The position numbers were made by a program, and so were the translations under genes. Of a stretch of DNA of 64,000 nucleotides, positions 18,371 to 28,799 are shown piece by piece (the first letter of the stretch is position 1; each line of letters begins with the position of its first letter). The stretch is from NCBI GenBank assembly GCA_036677065.1, contig JAKFBS010000002.1, positions 512,001 to 576,000 of the forward strand. Reading direction: 5' to 3'. This stretch comes from Bdellovibrio sp. GTDB taxonomy: Bacteria > Bdellovibrionota > Bdellovibrionia > Bdellovibrionales > Bdellovibrionaceae. Under the pieces are notes generated by a model. The model was not told the DNA's origin. It saw only the letters and a program-made list of their open reading frames with translations, and ran no database searches.

Positions 18371-19277
18371 GCTTTCATTTTGCTTAATTGCCGAAGCTTC
18401 GGCAACTGAAAAAGTCTCGCCCTATGTGGGATTGGGATCAGATATGTTCGGTTTTAATATAGATAGTTTCAGCGATGCCCAAAAAGAACTCGCGTACGAG
18501 CCTAATATTCCGGGTCTTACGCGTGTGGGAATCAGTGCCTATGGCTTAGGAGCGTCACTTTCGACCCGCGGGTCCACAAAGGATTTAGACGACACTAAAG
18601 GTGAAAGTAAATTCTTCGACTTTCAGATTGGCTACCACAATACAAAATGGGGCGCTGAGGTTTATGTGCAGAATTACGAAGGTTTTTTTCTTAAGAACTC
18701 AGATGATGTCGGCGGAACCCCGAACTATTATCTGTTTCCTGATGTTAAGTTTAATAATTACGGCTTAATGGGTCGCTACGCTTTAGATAACAATGGTTTT
18801 TCGATTTCTGCCTTACTCAATCAATCTGATGAAATCACTAAATCTGCCGGCAGTTACTTTTTAATTGGAGGTCTACGCCAGCATAGCTTTGAAACAGAAA
18901 ACACTCTTATTCCCGCTCCTTTGCAGGGTGTGAATGTCGACATGGATAATTTACGAAAACTTTCTGTAAGCAGTTTAAACTTAGGCGTTGGCGCAGGTAA
19001 ATACTGGGTGTCGTCTTCAAAATTTTTCATCGGAGCTGTGATCGATGCGATGGGAACATTTGGTCTGTACAAATACACACTCACCACCGAAAATCGTTCA
19101 AGTGATTATGGGACCTTAAGTGTTTCAGCAAAATTCGGTACCGGTTATGCCGGAAAAAAATGGCGCTCTGGGCTTTGCGCCTATACAGACTCGACAACAC
19201 TGCAAGCACTTGATCGCACATACATAAAACCACAGGCCACGGCATTTATGATTTATGTACGTTATATTTTTGATTAA
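18336..19277 (+). CDS. Outer-membrane beta-barrel protein (DUF4421-like)
   Basis: Signal peptide MRSLWPVAKLFMLSFCLIAEASA; amphipathic strands; C-terminal YVRYIFD; exact start uncertain (18336 or 18369). Confidence 0.65.
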   Translation: MRSLWPVAKLFMLSFCLIAEASATEKVSPYVGLGSDMFGFNIDSFSDAQKELAYEPNIPGLTRVGISAYGLGASLSTRGSTKDLDDTKGESKFFDFQIGYHNTKWGAEVYVQNYEGFFLKNSDDVGGTPNYYLFPDVKFNNYGLMGRYALDNNGFSISALLNQSDEITKSAGSYFLIGGLRQHSFETENTLIPAPLQGVNVDMDNLRKLSVSSLNLGVGAGKYWVSSSKFFIGAVIDAMGTFGLYKYTLTTENRSSDYGTLSVSAKFGTGYAGKKWRSGLCAYTDSTTLQALDRTYIKPQATAFMIYVRYIFD

Positions 19278-19279
19278 AC

Positions 19280-20275
19280 CTAGTCGGCAATTTTGACGAT
19301 GATTTTGCCCCGGGCTCGGCCCGCCATTGAATGTTCAAGCCCTTTTTGAATATCTTCTAACGAAAAAACCGAATCAATAACCGGGCGTATTTGACCTTGC
19401 TCTACCAGAGCGCGAATTTGATCGAGTTGCCCTGCATTTGGTTTCATGAAAAGAAATTTGTAATGCACTCCCCGGGCCATGGCTAAAACATTTGCTTTAA
19501 GACCGACTAACCCCAAGACAAAAGTTTTCATCGCCCCCAGTTCCATATCCTTTGCAGTTTGCCGGTCAGGAGATCCTGAAATTGAAACAATCCATCCACC
19601 CTTTTTAACAACAGGATAAATTTTGTAAAGGTCGTTTCCGCCCAAGGTGTCAAAAACCATATCCATGCCTTTAACGACATCCCATGGCTTTTCTTTTCTA
19701 TAGTTAATCACGTGGTCTGCGCCCAATGACTTTACAAACTCGGTGTTTTTTTCGCTCGTTGTCGTCCAAACTTCGGCACCGCGATTTTTTGCAAGTTGAA
19801 TCGCGAATGAACCTACGCCACCTGCTCCGGCTTGAATTAAAACTTTTTGGCCAGGACGAAGATTTGCACTATCAAAAGCCTGCCAAGTTGTTAATCCCAC
19901 TAAGGGAAGACTTGCAGCCTCTTCAAAAGAAATATTTGCGGGCTTAATTGCAACTTCATTTTCACTGACCGCAATGTATTCGGCAAATGTTCCGACATTA
20001 CTGGGCCTTGAGTAAACAAGGTCTCCTTTTTTAAATTTTGTGACTTGTTCACCGATTTTTACGACTTCACCCGCTAGATCATGACCTAAAATTAACGGAA
20101 AGGAATTTTTTCTTAAAAATTTAAGTAAGCCCGCTTTAAGTTTAAAATCGATCGGATTAATACTTGCGGCTTTGATGTGAATCAAAACATCGTGTGGTTC
20201 TACTTGCGGTTTAGGCACTTCACCGACATGCATTTTTTCGTCTTCACCATAATTTTTAATAAATGCAGCTTTCAT
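19280..20275 (-). CDS. NADP-dependent oxidoreductase (MDR / quinone-oxidoreductase-like)
   Basis: ASINPIDFK, LGHDLAGEV, AGAGGVGSFAIQLAK, ARGKIIV. Confidence 0.9.
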   Translation of the reverse strand: MKAAFIKNYGEDEKMHVGEVPKPQVEPHDVLIHIKAASINPIDFKLKAGLLKFLRKNSFPLILGHDLAGEVVKIGEQVTKFKKGDLVYSRPSNVGTFAEYIAVSENEVAIKPANISFEEAASLPLVGLTTWQAFDSANLRPGQKVLIQAGAGGVGSFAIQLAKNRGAEVWTTTSEKNTEFVKSLGADHVINYRKEKPWDVVKGMDMVFDTLGGNDLYKIYPVVKKGGWIVSISGSPDRQTAKDMELGAMKTFVLGLVGLKANVLAMARGVHYKFLFMKPNAGQLDQIRALVEQGQIRPVIDSVFSLEDIQKGLEHSMAGRARGKIIVKIAD

Positions 20276-20291
20276 ATTTCACCCTCATAAA

Positions 20292-20324
20292 AAAACCCAC
20301 ATCTTTTGGTAAGATGTGGGTTTT
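20292..20324 (-). terminator. Rho-independent terminator after fadJ
   Basis: AAAACCCACATCTT-TTGGT-AAGATGTGGGTTTT hairpin with flanking A/T tracts. Confidence 0.8.
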
Positions 20325-20349
20325 AAAATTTAAAACTTAAATAAAGTTA

Positions 20350-22530
20350 TTAAATATAAAATTTCTTACCTGAACTTGCGCGCTCATTTAATTTTACACT
20401 TGGTGATAAACGAGCTTTAGCATTCCTGCTAGATGCATAGTGAGCTAAACGCTCAGCTACGTACTTACAACCAACGCTGTCAGCATACTTTAACAAACCA
20501 CCACGAAACGGTGGAAAGCCTGTACCCATGATCATCGCAAGATCTACTTCATGCGGAGTCTCAACGATCTTGTCTGCATCAAGTGCCAAACAGCATTCGT
20601 TAATCATCGCAAAAATACCACGTTCAACACACTCTTGGGCATCATACGGGTTCGTGCGTGCACTTAAACCAAGTTCTGCGTATACAGTTTGGTCAACTTC
20701 AGTCTTACGACCGTTTTGATCATACTTGTAAAAGCCTAAATTAGTTTTTTGACCTAAGCGGGCCTTGTTAGCTGCAAGTTTATCCATGATTGGACTTACT
20801 TCAACGCGATCTGGATAGGCTTTGCTAAAGATTTTTAAAACTTTTGCACCAACATCCAAACCTACAGAATCCATTAATTCAAATGGACCCATTGGCATAC
20901 CAAATTTTAAGTACGCTTTATCAACGGCTTCAATACTCATGCCTTCAGTTAATAAGAAAGCAGCTTCTGCCATGTACGGTAATAATAAACGATTTACTAA
21001 AAAGCCCGGGCCATCTTTTACAACCACTGGCATTTTGCCCATTTTTTTCGACAATTCAAAAACTGTAGAAATTGTTTCATCCGAAGATTTCGGTCCGCGG
21101 ATAACTTCAACTAATGGCATTTTATGAACCGGAGAGAAAAAGTGCATTCCTGCAAAGTATTCAGGGCGCGGATGACCTTCTGCCATATCAGTAATAGATA
21201 GTGATGAAGTATTTGATACGATAATTGCGTCTGGACGCATATTAGCAGCAGTCTCACCGATCACTTTTTTCTTGATGTTCATGTCTTCAACGATAGCTTC
21301 AACAACTACGTCTAGGTTTTTGAATCCAGAAAAATCTAAAGTCGTAGAAACTAACGAAGTTTTTTGCGCGAATTGATAATTATCAATCACTTTTTTCTTA
21401 GTTAATTTTTTCCAAAGATCGTAAGCATGTTTTAAGGCTTTAACATTGGCATCATGAGAAATATCTTTAACGCGAACGCCGATACCCTTATCAGCTGCAA
21501 CATAAGCAATGCCGCCACCCATTGTTCCCGCACCTAAAACACCGATATTTTTAACTGGTTTTGCTTTTACATTTTTATCAGCAACACCCGTCGATTTTTT
21601 AACCATCTCAGTTAAATAAAATACGTGAATTAAATTTTTTGAAATATCAGTTAATGCGCAACGAACAAAGTGATCTTTTTCGATCTCTAAGGCTTTCGCG
21701 CGATCAGACATGCCGTAAGTTTTGCAAATAACTTGCATCGCTTCTAACGGAGCTGGGTAATGCCCTTTGGTCGCTTTTAATGTCGCTTTTTTAGCAGCAT
21801 TAAATACGACGCCTTTTAATGGCCCTTCTAATAACTTACCAACTAAGCCTTTAGCTTTAAACGTTTTACGGCGTTTGCCTTTGCCAGAAGCTAAAATCTT
21901 TTCGATTTCTTTTTCTGCGAATGATTCTAATAAATTAGGATGAACCATGTAATCAACTAACCCGATTTTTAAAGCTTTTTTAGCAGCTAATAATTTACCC
22001 GCTAAAATAACATCTAACGCTGCTTGAATACCGACAACACGTGGTAAACGCACACAGCCGCCAAACCCAGGTAAAATTCCCAATTGAGTTTCTGGAAGAC
22101 CAATGCGAGTTGATGAATCATCTGAAGCGATACGATAATCACAAGCTAAGATAAATTCACAACCTCCACCAGCGCAAGCGCCGTTGATCAAAGCCATTGT
22201 TGGCATTGGCAGATCTTCAACCATATTCATGATTTCTTGACCACCGCCGACGGCATGACGAACAGCTTCTTCAGTATTTAAAGCTTTGATTTCTTCGATA
22301 TCAGCACCAGCAATAAAGATTTTTGATTTTGCTGATTTGAAAATTACAAATTTATATGAAGAAGTACTTAATTTTTGAATGAGTGCTTTGAATTCATTCA
22401 TCACCGGAGTTGAAAACTTATTAACTTTTTCTCCTGGTAAATCAAAAGTAACTGTCGCGATTCCATTTTTTTCAGTTACAGAAAATGCTTTTGTAGATGT
22501 ATTTCCTTGAGTGGTTTTTTCTAATTCCAT
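20350..22530 (-). CDS. fadJ: Fatty-acid oxidation multifunctional alpha subunit (enoyl-CoA hydratase / 3-hydroxyacyl-CoA dehydrogenase)
   Basis: FIAGADI, GLPETQLGILPGFGG, GAGTMGGGI, GMHFFSPVHKMPLVE, GFPPFRGG. Confidence 0.88.
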   Translation of the reverse strand: MELEKTTQGNTSTKAFSVTEKNGIATVTFDLPGEKVNKFSTPVMNEFKALIQKLSTSSYKFVIFKSAKSKIFIAGADIEEIKALNTEEAVRHAVGGGQEIMNMVEDLPMPTMALINGACAGGGCEFILACDYRIASDDSSTRIGLPETQLGILPGFGGCVRLPRVVGIQAALDVILAGKLLAAKKALKIGLVDYMVHPNLLESFAEKEIEKILASGKGKRRKTFKAKGLVGKLLEGPLKGVVFNAAKKATLKATKGHYPAPLEAMQVICKTYGMSDRAKALEIEKDHFVRCALTDISKNLIHVFYLTEMVKKSTGVADKNVKAKPVKNIGVLGAGTMGGGIAYVAADKGIGVRVKDISHDANVKALKHAYDLWKKLTKKKVIDNYQFAQKTSLVSTTLDFSGFKNLDVVVEAIVEDMNIKKKVIGETAANMRPDAIIVSNTSSLSITDMAEGHPRPEYFAGMHFFSPVHKMPLVEVIRGPKSSDETISTVFELSKKMGKMPVVVKDGPGFLVNRLLLPYMAEAAFLLTEGMSIEAVDKAYLKFGMPMGPFELMDSVGLDVGAKVLKIFSKAYPDRVEVSPIMDKLAANKARLGQKTNLGFYKYDQNGRKTEVDQTVYAELGLSARTNPYDAQECVERGIFAMINECCLALDADKIVETPHEVDLAMIMGTGFPPFRGGLLKYADSVGCKYVAERLAHYASSRNAKARLSPSVKLNERASSGKKFYI

Positions 22531-22538
22531 GTTTTTAA

Positions 22539-23879
22539 TTACCCTTCGTTTTCAATGACCATGGTGCCACCTTGGCCGCCACCGATACATAAAGTTGCTA
22601 ATCCGAATTGGGAATTCGAACGTTTTAATTCTTTGGCCAATGTTAAGACTAACCGTGTGCCGGTAGCGCCGACCGGATGACCTAAAGCAATCGCTCCGCC
22701 ATTCACGTTTAAAATGTCATCATTCACTGTTCCGACTTTAGCTGACAAACCTAATTTATCTTGCGCAAATTTGTCTGAATCAAAAGCTTTTTGACAAGCC
22801 ATTACTTGGGCTGCGAAGGCTTCGTTAAGTTCTATGCGATTCATGTCTTTCATTGTAAGACCTGAACGACGAAGTGCGATTGGCGTCGAATAAACCGGGC
22901 CCAAACCCATTCTTTCAGGTTCACAACCTGCAAATGCATAACCGCGAATTTTAGCTAAAGGTTTATAACCTAAGCTTTGCGCTTTTTCGCGCGACATGAT
23001 TAACAACATCGCGGCACCATCTGTAATCGGGCAAGCATTACCGGCAGTGATTGTTCCTGTAACTTTGTCGACCATCGGTTTTAATTTTCCAAGGGCTTGC
23101 ATTGTCTGCTCAGCACGAGGCCCGATATCTTCAGTCACAACATCTTTAAAATCTGGCTCTACATAAAGCGGAGTCATCTCTTCGGCAAATTTTGCTTTAG
23201 CACCGGCTGCTTTTAAATGCGAAGCTAAGGCGAAAGCATCCTGGGCTTCACGGGTTAAACCCCACTCTTTTGCTAAAATTTCTGCAGTTCCCATCATGTT
23301 GATTCCGACAAAAGGATCGGTAAGACCTTCAACAATTGAAATGATGGGTTTGTATTTAGTTTTCATCATCGGAGGTGTTGTTACCATCTCTTTGATTTGC
23401 GAAAGATCAGCTTTAAACCAAGCCCATAATGCAGCCATACGTTGACCCGGAGTTTTAGCTGAACCTAGTTTTTCTAAAATAGAGGTAATAGACGGTGGCA
23501 TAATCAGAGGCATTTGCGACATATTTTCAGTTCCGCCAACTAATAATGCATCCATCGAACCAGCTTTAATTTTCTCAAAACCAATCGAGATACTTTCTAA
23601 CGCTGATGCACAGTTTCTATGAACCGTAGAAGCTGAAGTTTTTTGCGGAACTCCTGAATTTAAAGCAATAACTCGGGCAATATTCACTGCGTCCGAAGGA
23701 GAGCCCGTATTACCGATGATGACTTCATCAATAACGTTCACATCCAAATTCGTACGCGCGATCAAATCTTTCATTGCCACTTGGCCAAGTTTTGCAGCAT
23801 GTACACTTTTTAATTTTGTTCCCGCTTTTGCAAATGGAGTACGCACTCCTTCGACAATCACAACATCTCTGTTAGACAT
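22539..23879 (-). CDS. fadI: Acetyl-CoA C-acyltransferase (thiolase), beta subunit
   Basis: RNCAS, NEAFAAQ, GGAIALGHPVGATG, LCIGGGQG; upstream of the fadJ-like gene. Confidence 0.85.
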   Translation of the reverse strand: MSNRDVVIVEGVRTPFAKAGTKLKSVHAAKLGQVAMKDLIARTNLDVNVIDEVIIGNTGSPSDAVNIARVIALNSGVPQKTSASTVHRNCASALESISIGFEKIKAGSMDALLVGGTENMSQMPLIMPPSITSILEKLGSAKTPGQRMAALWAWFKADLSQIKEMVTTPPMMKTKYKPIISIVEGLTDPFVGINMMGTAEILAKEWGLTREAQDAFALASHLKAAGAKAKFAEEMTPLYVEPDFKDVVTEDIGPRAEQTMQALGKLKPMVDKVTGTITAGNACPITDGAAMLLIMSREKAQSLGYKPLAKIRGYAFAGCEPERMGLGPVYSTPIALRRSGLTMKDMNRIELNEAFAAQVMACQKAFDSDKFAQDKLGLSAKVGTVNDDILNVNGGAIALGHPVGATGTRLVLTLAKELKRSNSQFGLATLCIGGGQGGTMVIENEG

Positions 23880-24023
23880 ATAAACACCTCACTGTGAAAA
23901 CTAACCTATAAAGCGTAAACCCAAATGAGAGCTAAAGCAATTGACGCCTATCAATATAGGACGTCTGTAATGATTGACCCTCGAAAGGTGTCAAACCTAG
24001 AATGAAAACTCTAGGAGAGAACT

Positions 24024-26369
24024 TTGAAAACTTCTGTAAATAAAACGAACCCAACTACTCAATCTGATAAAGCAACTGAACGTTCAAATTTTGATAAACA
24101 AGCCTTGGATTTTCACCAATTTCCAAAACCAGGCAAGATCGAAGTCATTTCAACAAAACCGTGTAACACCGAGAAAGCATTAGCTTTAGCTTATTCTCCA
24201 GGTGTTGCTGTTCCCTGCAAAGTGATCGCTAAAAACCCAGACGCAGTTTACGACTACACTTCAAAAGGAAACCTGGTTGCCGTGATTTCTGATGGCACCG
24301 CAGTACTTGGTCTAGGTAACATCGGCCCATTAGCTTCAAAACCTGTGATGGAAGGTAAAGGGATTTTGTTTAAAAACTTTGCTGGCATCGACGTGTTCGA
24401 TATCGAAGTTAAATCATCATCAGCTGCAGAATTTATTGCTGCGGTTAGAACTTTAGAACCTACGTTTGGTGGTATTAATTTAGAAGATATTAAAGCCCCA
24501 GAATGTTTTGAAATCGAAGAGACTTTAAAAAAAGAAATGAACATTCCGGTATTTCACGATGATCAACATGGAACGGCGATTGTTTCAGCCGCAGCGCTAA
24601 TCAATGCCTGCCAAATCGTGAACAAAAAAATCGGCGAAGTTAAACTTGTCGTTAACGGTGCCGGAGCTGCATCGATCGCCTGTACGAAAATCTTTGTTAG
24701 CCTTGGGGTTAAAAAAGAAAATGTGATCATGTGCGATACCACTGGTGTGATCTTTAAAGGTCGCACCAACGGTATGAATAAATACAAAGAAGAATTTGCC
24801 AATGCTACAACTAAACGCACTTTATCTGAAGCTCTTGAAAATGCTGATGTTTTCATTGGCCTTTCTGCCGCGGGTGCTGTGACCGGCGACATGGTAAAAA
24901 CTATGGCGAAAGATCCAATCATTTTCGCTATGGCAAATCCAGATCCAGAAATTACTCCGGATGTAGCTCGTGCTGCCCGCCCTGATGCTATCGTAGCTAC
25001 TGGTCGCTCGGATTTTCCAAATCAAGTAAATAATGTTTTAGGATTTCCGTCGATCTTTCGCGGAGCCTTAGATACCCGATCTACACAAATTAATGAAGAA
25101 ATGAAATTAGCTGCGGTTCACGCGTTAGCAAAACTTGCTCGCGAAGAAGTACCTGATACAGTTTCTGCAAGTTATGGCGGACAAAAATTTAAATTTGGCC
25201 GCGATTATTTAATTCCGAAACCATTCGATACACGCGTATTGATGTGGGTTGCCCCGGCTGTGGCCAAAGCCGCTATGGATTCTGGCGTTGCAAGAATTAA
25301 AATTACAGATTGGAATCAATACCGCGATCGCCTAGAAGCAATTCAAGGTCCGCAAAAAGTTTTTATCAGATCAGCGATCAATCAAGTGCATGCAAACTCT
25401 GAGCGCCAAGGCGCACTTCCGCGCGTGGTGTTTCCGGAAGGCTCAAGTTCGAAAATTTTAAAATCAATCAGATCTTTGATCGATGAAAAAATCTGTCATC
25501 CGATCGTGATCGGCAACCCCGATGTTATTCGCGAAAAAGCCAAAAAACACAGTATTCATATGGATGGCATTGAGATTTTAAATATTCAGGGTCACCCCAA
25601 ATTTCATCAGTACTCAGAAGAACTTTATAAACGCCGTCAACGTAAAGGCGTGAACATTAAAGAAGCTGAAAGACTAATGAATGATCCAAGTTACTTTGCA
25701 GCCATGATGCTTGATCAAGGTGATGCTGATGGCATGGTGAATGGCGCGACCACAAATTATTCTGAAGCGGTAAAACCAATTTTGCATGCGATCGGTTTAG
25801 CAAAAGATCACGTGCCTGCAGGTTTAAATATTTTAATTTCTGACGATAGATTCTTATTTTTATCTGACACCACGGTAAATATGAATCCCACAGCTGAACA
25901 ATTAGCACAAATCGCAATTCAAACAGCATTGATTGCTGAACACTTTGGTCAAAAACCAAGAATAGCGATGTTAAGCTTTTCAAATTTCAGTGGCGCCGAT
26001 GGCACCCCTGCTAAAATGAAAAAGGCCGCAGAACTAGTTCGCAAGCTTCGCCCAGACTTAACTGTTGAAGGCGATATGCAAGCTGACACTGCGGTTAGCG
26101 CAGAAATTCAAAGTCGTATCTTCCCGTTTTCACAATTAGGCGGCGAAGCTAACATCCTGATTTTTCCAAATCTAGAAAGTGCGAATATTTCGTATAAACT
26201 TTTACAACAACTTGGAAAAGTTGAAGTCATTGGACCTTTTTTAATGGGTGTGCGTCGTGCGGCCAATGTTTTACAACGTACAACAACTGAAGAAACTATT
26301 TTCAGCTCAGTGGTATTAACAGCCTTAGAAGCTCAAATTATTAAGGATCGCCGTACGGTGAAACACTAG
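24024..26369 (+). CDS. maeB: NADP-dependent malic enzyme with PTA domain
   Basis: LAYSPGVA, GINLEDIKAPECF, FHDDQHGT, GAGAA, C-terminal PTA-like domain (FPEG, IFPNLESANI). Confidence 0.95.
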   Translation: MKTSVNKTNPTTQSDKATERSNFDKQALDFHQFPKPGKIEVISTKPCNTEKALALAYSPGVAVPCKVIAKNPDAVYDYTSKGNLVAVISDGTAVLGLGNIGPLASKPVMEGKGILFKNFAGIDVFDIEVKSSSAAEFIAAVRTLEPTFGGINLEDIKAPECFEIEETLKKEMNIPVFHDDQHGTAIVSAAALINACQIVNKKIGEVKLVVNGAGAASIACTKIFVSLGVKKENVIMCDTTGVIFKGRTNGMNKYKEEFANATTKRTLSEALENADVFIGLSAAGAVTGDMVKTMAKDPIIFAMANPDPEITPDVARAARPDAIVATGRSDFPNQVNNVLGFPSIFRGALDTRSTQINEEMKLAAVHALAKLAREEVPDTVSASYGGQKFKFGRDYLIPKPFDTRVLMWVAPAVAKAAMDSGVARIKITDWNQYRDRLEAIQGPQKVFIRSAINQVHANSERQGALPRVVFPEGSSSKILKSIRSLIDEKICHPIVIGNPDVIREKAKKHSIHMDGIEILNIQGHPKFHQYSEELYKRRQRKGVNIKEAERLMNDPSYFAAMMLDQGDADGMVNGATTNYSEAVKPILHAIGLAKDHVPAGLNILISDDRFLFLSDTTVNMNPTAEQLAQIAIQTALIAEHFGQKPRIAMLSFSNFSGADGTPAKMKKAAELVRKLRPDLTVEGDMQADTAVSAEIQSRIFPFSQLGGEANILIFPNLESANISYKLLQQLGKVEVIGPFLMGVRRAANVLQRTTTEETIFSSVVLTALEAQIIKDRRTVKH

Positions 26370-27631
26370 TGACGGAACTGCGGATTAACGACAAAGACAA
26401 AGTGATCGTAGTTGGTGTTGGTTTAAAAACTGAACCCATCTCTGAAATCAAAGAAAATCTTTGTGAACTTGAAGAGCTTGTATCTGCCGCTGGTGGCGAC
26501 GTGATTGGCTCTACAGTTCAAGTTTTACCTTCGTGGAATCCCAGCACATTGATCGGTTCGGGTAAAGTGACTGAGATTAAAGAGATGGTTCAAGAATCTG
26601 GTGCCCAGATTGTTGTGATCGATCATCAGTTATCCGGAATCCAATCGCGAAATTTACAAACTGAAATCGGCGTCCGCATTATTGATCGAACGCAATTAAT
26701 TTTGGATATCTTCGCTCAGCGTGCGCGCACTTACGAAGGTAAACTTCAAGTAGAGCTCGCACAGCTTTTAGATCAAATGCCCCGCATGATCGGCGCGTGG
26801 AATGATTCGTTATCACGCTTAGGTGGCGGTATCGGTACACGCGGCCCCGGCGAGTCAGCTTTAGAAAATGACCGCCGTCGCGCCAAAGAAAAAATTGCTT
26901 TAATTAAAAAGAAGTTAGACGAAGTATCACAGCATCGTGCGCAGCACAGACAGTCTCGCCGACGTAACGAAGTTCCAAGTTTTGCTTTAATTGGTTATAC
27001 CAATTCAGGAAAAAGTTCTTTGTTAAACCGTTTAACCGGCGCGCAAGTTATGGCTAAAAATATGCTGTTTGCGACCCTTGATCCGACAACGAGAAAAGTA
27101 TTTTTAGATGATGGTCCTCCGGCAGTTGTCACCGACACCGTAGGGTTTATCAGAAAATTACCGACGCAATTAATTGAAGCATTCAAAGCTACACTTGAAG
27201 AGTCTGCAGAAGCCGATATTCTTCTTCACGTGATTGATTTGTCGTCGCCAAATATGGAACGCCAAATCGAAGTTGTTGATGGTCTGATCAAAGAATTTGG
27301 CTGGGATAAGCAAAAGGTCATTCATATTTTTAATAAATGCGATGTCGCTTCACCGGATCGCCAGTTCAGAGTAAAACAATTTCCGCGCCTGTTCGTAAGT
27401 GCTTTAACAGGACAAGGGTTTGAGCAGCTTAAAAAAATGATGGCTGATTCAATCAATGAAATGCAAACCGAAGTGGAACTGTATTTTGCGCATACACAAG
27501 AATTTAAGATCTACGACCTTAGTCGTGAAGCTAAAATCACGCGTAAAGAGCCTGCTACAGAGGGTACGGTGTGCTATGCCCTGATGACCCCGACCTTAAT
27601 CAACAAGTGGCGCGATTTCCTCGTAAAATAG
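26369..27631 (+). CDS. hflX: GTPase HflX
   Basis: GGGIGTRGPGE, GYTNSGKS, LFATLDPT, DTVGFI, NKCD. Confidence 0.95.
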   Translation: MTELRINDKDKVIVVGVGLKTEPISEIKENLCELEELVSAAGGDVIGSTVQVLPSWNPSTLIGSGKVTEIKEMVQESGAQIVVIDHQLSGIQSRNLQTEIGVRIIDRTQLILDIFAQRARTYEGKLQVELAQLLDQMPRMIGAWNDSLSRLGGGIGTRGPGESALENDRRRAKEKIALIKKKLDEVSQHRAQHRQSRRRNEVPSFALIGYTNSGKSSLLNRLTGAQVMAKNMLFATLDPTTRKVFLDDGPPAVVTDTVGFIRKLPTQLIEAFKATLEESAEADILLHVIDLSSPNMERQIEVVDGLIKEFGWDKQKVIHIFNKCDVASPDRQFRVKQFPRLFVSALTGQGFEQLKKMMADSINEMQTEVELYFAHTQEFKIYDLSREAKITRKEPATEGTVCYALMTPTLINKWRDFLVK

Positions 27632-27656
27632 CCTTATTGTTTGTTACAATTTAACA

Positions 27657-28799
27657 ATGAACAAAATCAAATCTGCTCTAGTGATCGCGGCATTTCTTCC
27701 CTTAACTGTTTTGGCCGAAGGTGAACAATGTTTATCAGGCACTTCAGGCAATAATCACTTACTGCATCAGCTTGCTCGTGTTAAAAATTCAAGCCCGGTC
27801 AGTCGCGAACTTACAAAAAAATACAATTTAGAATCTACTCATGCCGAGCCACCGGCAGGCCTTCCTTGTGCCAGTTGCCAACAAGGCCCCGGAAGCAATC
27901 CACTTAACGTAGGTAATCACGCAACCGCGCAGCTTTTACGCCAAATAGCACCCGATGCCAGACTGTTAATGAATACAGACTGTTTATCTGCCGCTGGTAA
28001 AGTCGATGCGCCAACAAGCGAATTAAAATGCCCCGAAGGAAAACTTTCACCCAAACATAATTTCTGTTTTAATTCTAATTTAATGCGCTATCAAAATGCC
28101 GTGATTACAGATTTTTACAAATGCATAAAAAAGTTAACGAACCTGCCACTAACACCTGCCGGATTATTTGAAATGTATTCTTTAGAATCTGGATTTAAGC
28201 CTCATTACGCTTACGGAGGTGGTGTAGGTATCGGCCAATTGACTGGAATCTTCGTAGATGACATCAATCAAAAACATCGCGGCTTTAGCATCTTAAAAAA
28301 AGTGGCTGACACCAGTGATCCTGATTGTGATATCGCAAAAAAGATCGCCGCCAAAGACGTAAAAACTCCGGTCCGTTTAAATAACAATCGTTGTAAATTT
28401 GTTGAATACGGCGAAGGCATGGAGCGTAATGTCCTATACACTATGGTCGGAATGGCTAATTCTTGGAGTAAAGATTTAGAGCCACTTATGAGTGCCTACA
28501 TTAAGCAACACCAAGGTAACCCGGCCTTACCACGGGTTAAAGAATTAGCTCTTCTTAATGGCTATGGCCCCGGCGGAAGAGCCGCTGCTCGCGCTGCGAT
28601 TCGTCGTTTAACAAAACTGAGTCCGGTTAAATTCGCGACGACGATTAAAAAACCAATGTATGGCGGCAGAAGAAGTACCAACTTAACAAGTTATCTGGGT
28701 AAAATAGATAAGCGCCAAACACAATTGTTAACAGATATGTCACCCAGTTTACGCAATGAGTACACGAAACAAGGAGCTCGCGCATGTATCAACAACTAA
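27657..28799 (+). CDS. Secreted Cys-rich protein with lytic transglycosylase (SLT)-like motifs
   Basis: Signal peptide; LESGFKP (motif I-like ES), GVGIGQLT (motif II-like), ALLNGYGPG (motif III-like). Confidence 0.55.
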   Translation: MNKIKSALVIAAFLPLTVLAEGEQCLSGTSGNNHLLHQLARVKNSSPVSRELTKKYNLESTHAEPPAGLPCASCQQGPGSNPLNVGNHATAQLLRQIAPDARLLMNTDCLSAAGKVDAPTSELKCPEGKLSPKHNFCFNSNLMRYQNAVITDFYKCIKKLTNLPLTPAGLFEMYSLESGFKPHYAYGGGVGIGQLTGIFVDDINQKHRGFSILKKVADTSDPDCDIAKKIAAKDVKTPVRLNNNRCKFVEYGEGMERNVLYTMVGMANSWSKDLEPLMSAYIKQHQGNPALPRVKELALLNGYGPGGRAAARAAIRRLTKLSPVKFATTIKKPMYGGRRSTNLTSYLGKIDKRQTQLLTDMSPSLRNEYTKQGARACINN

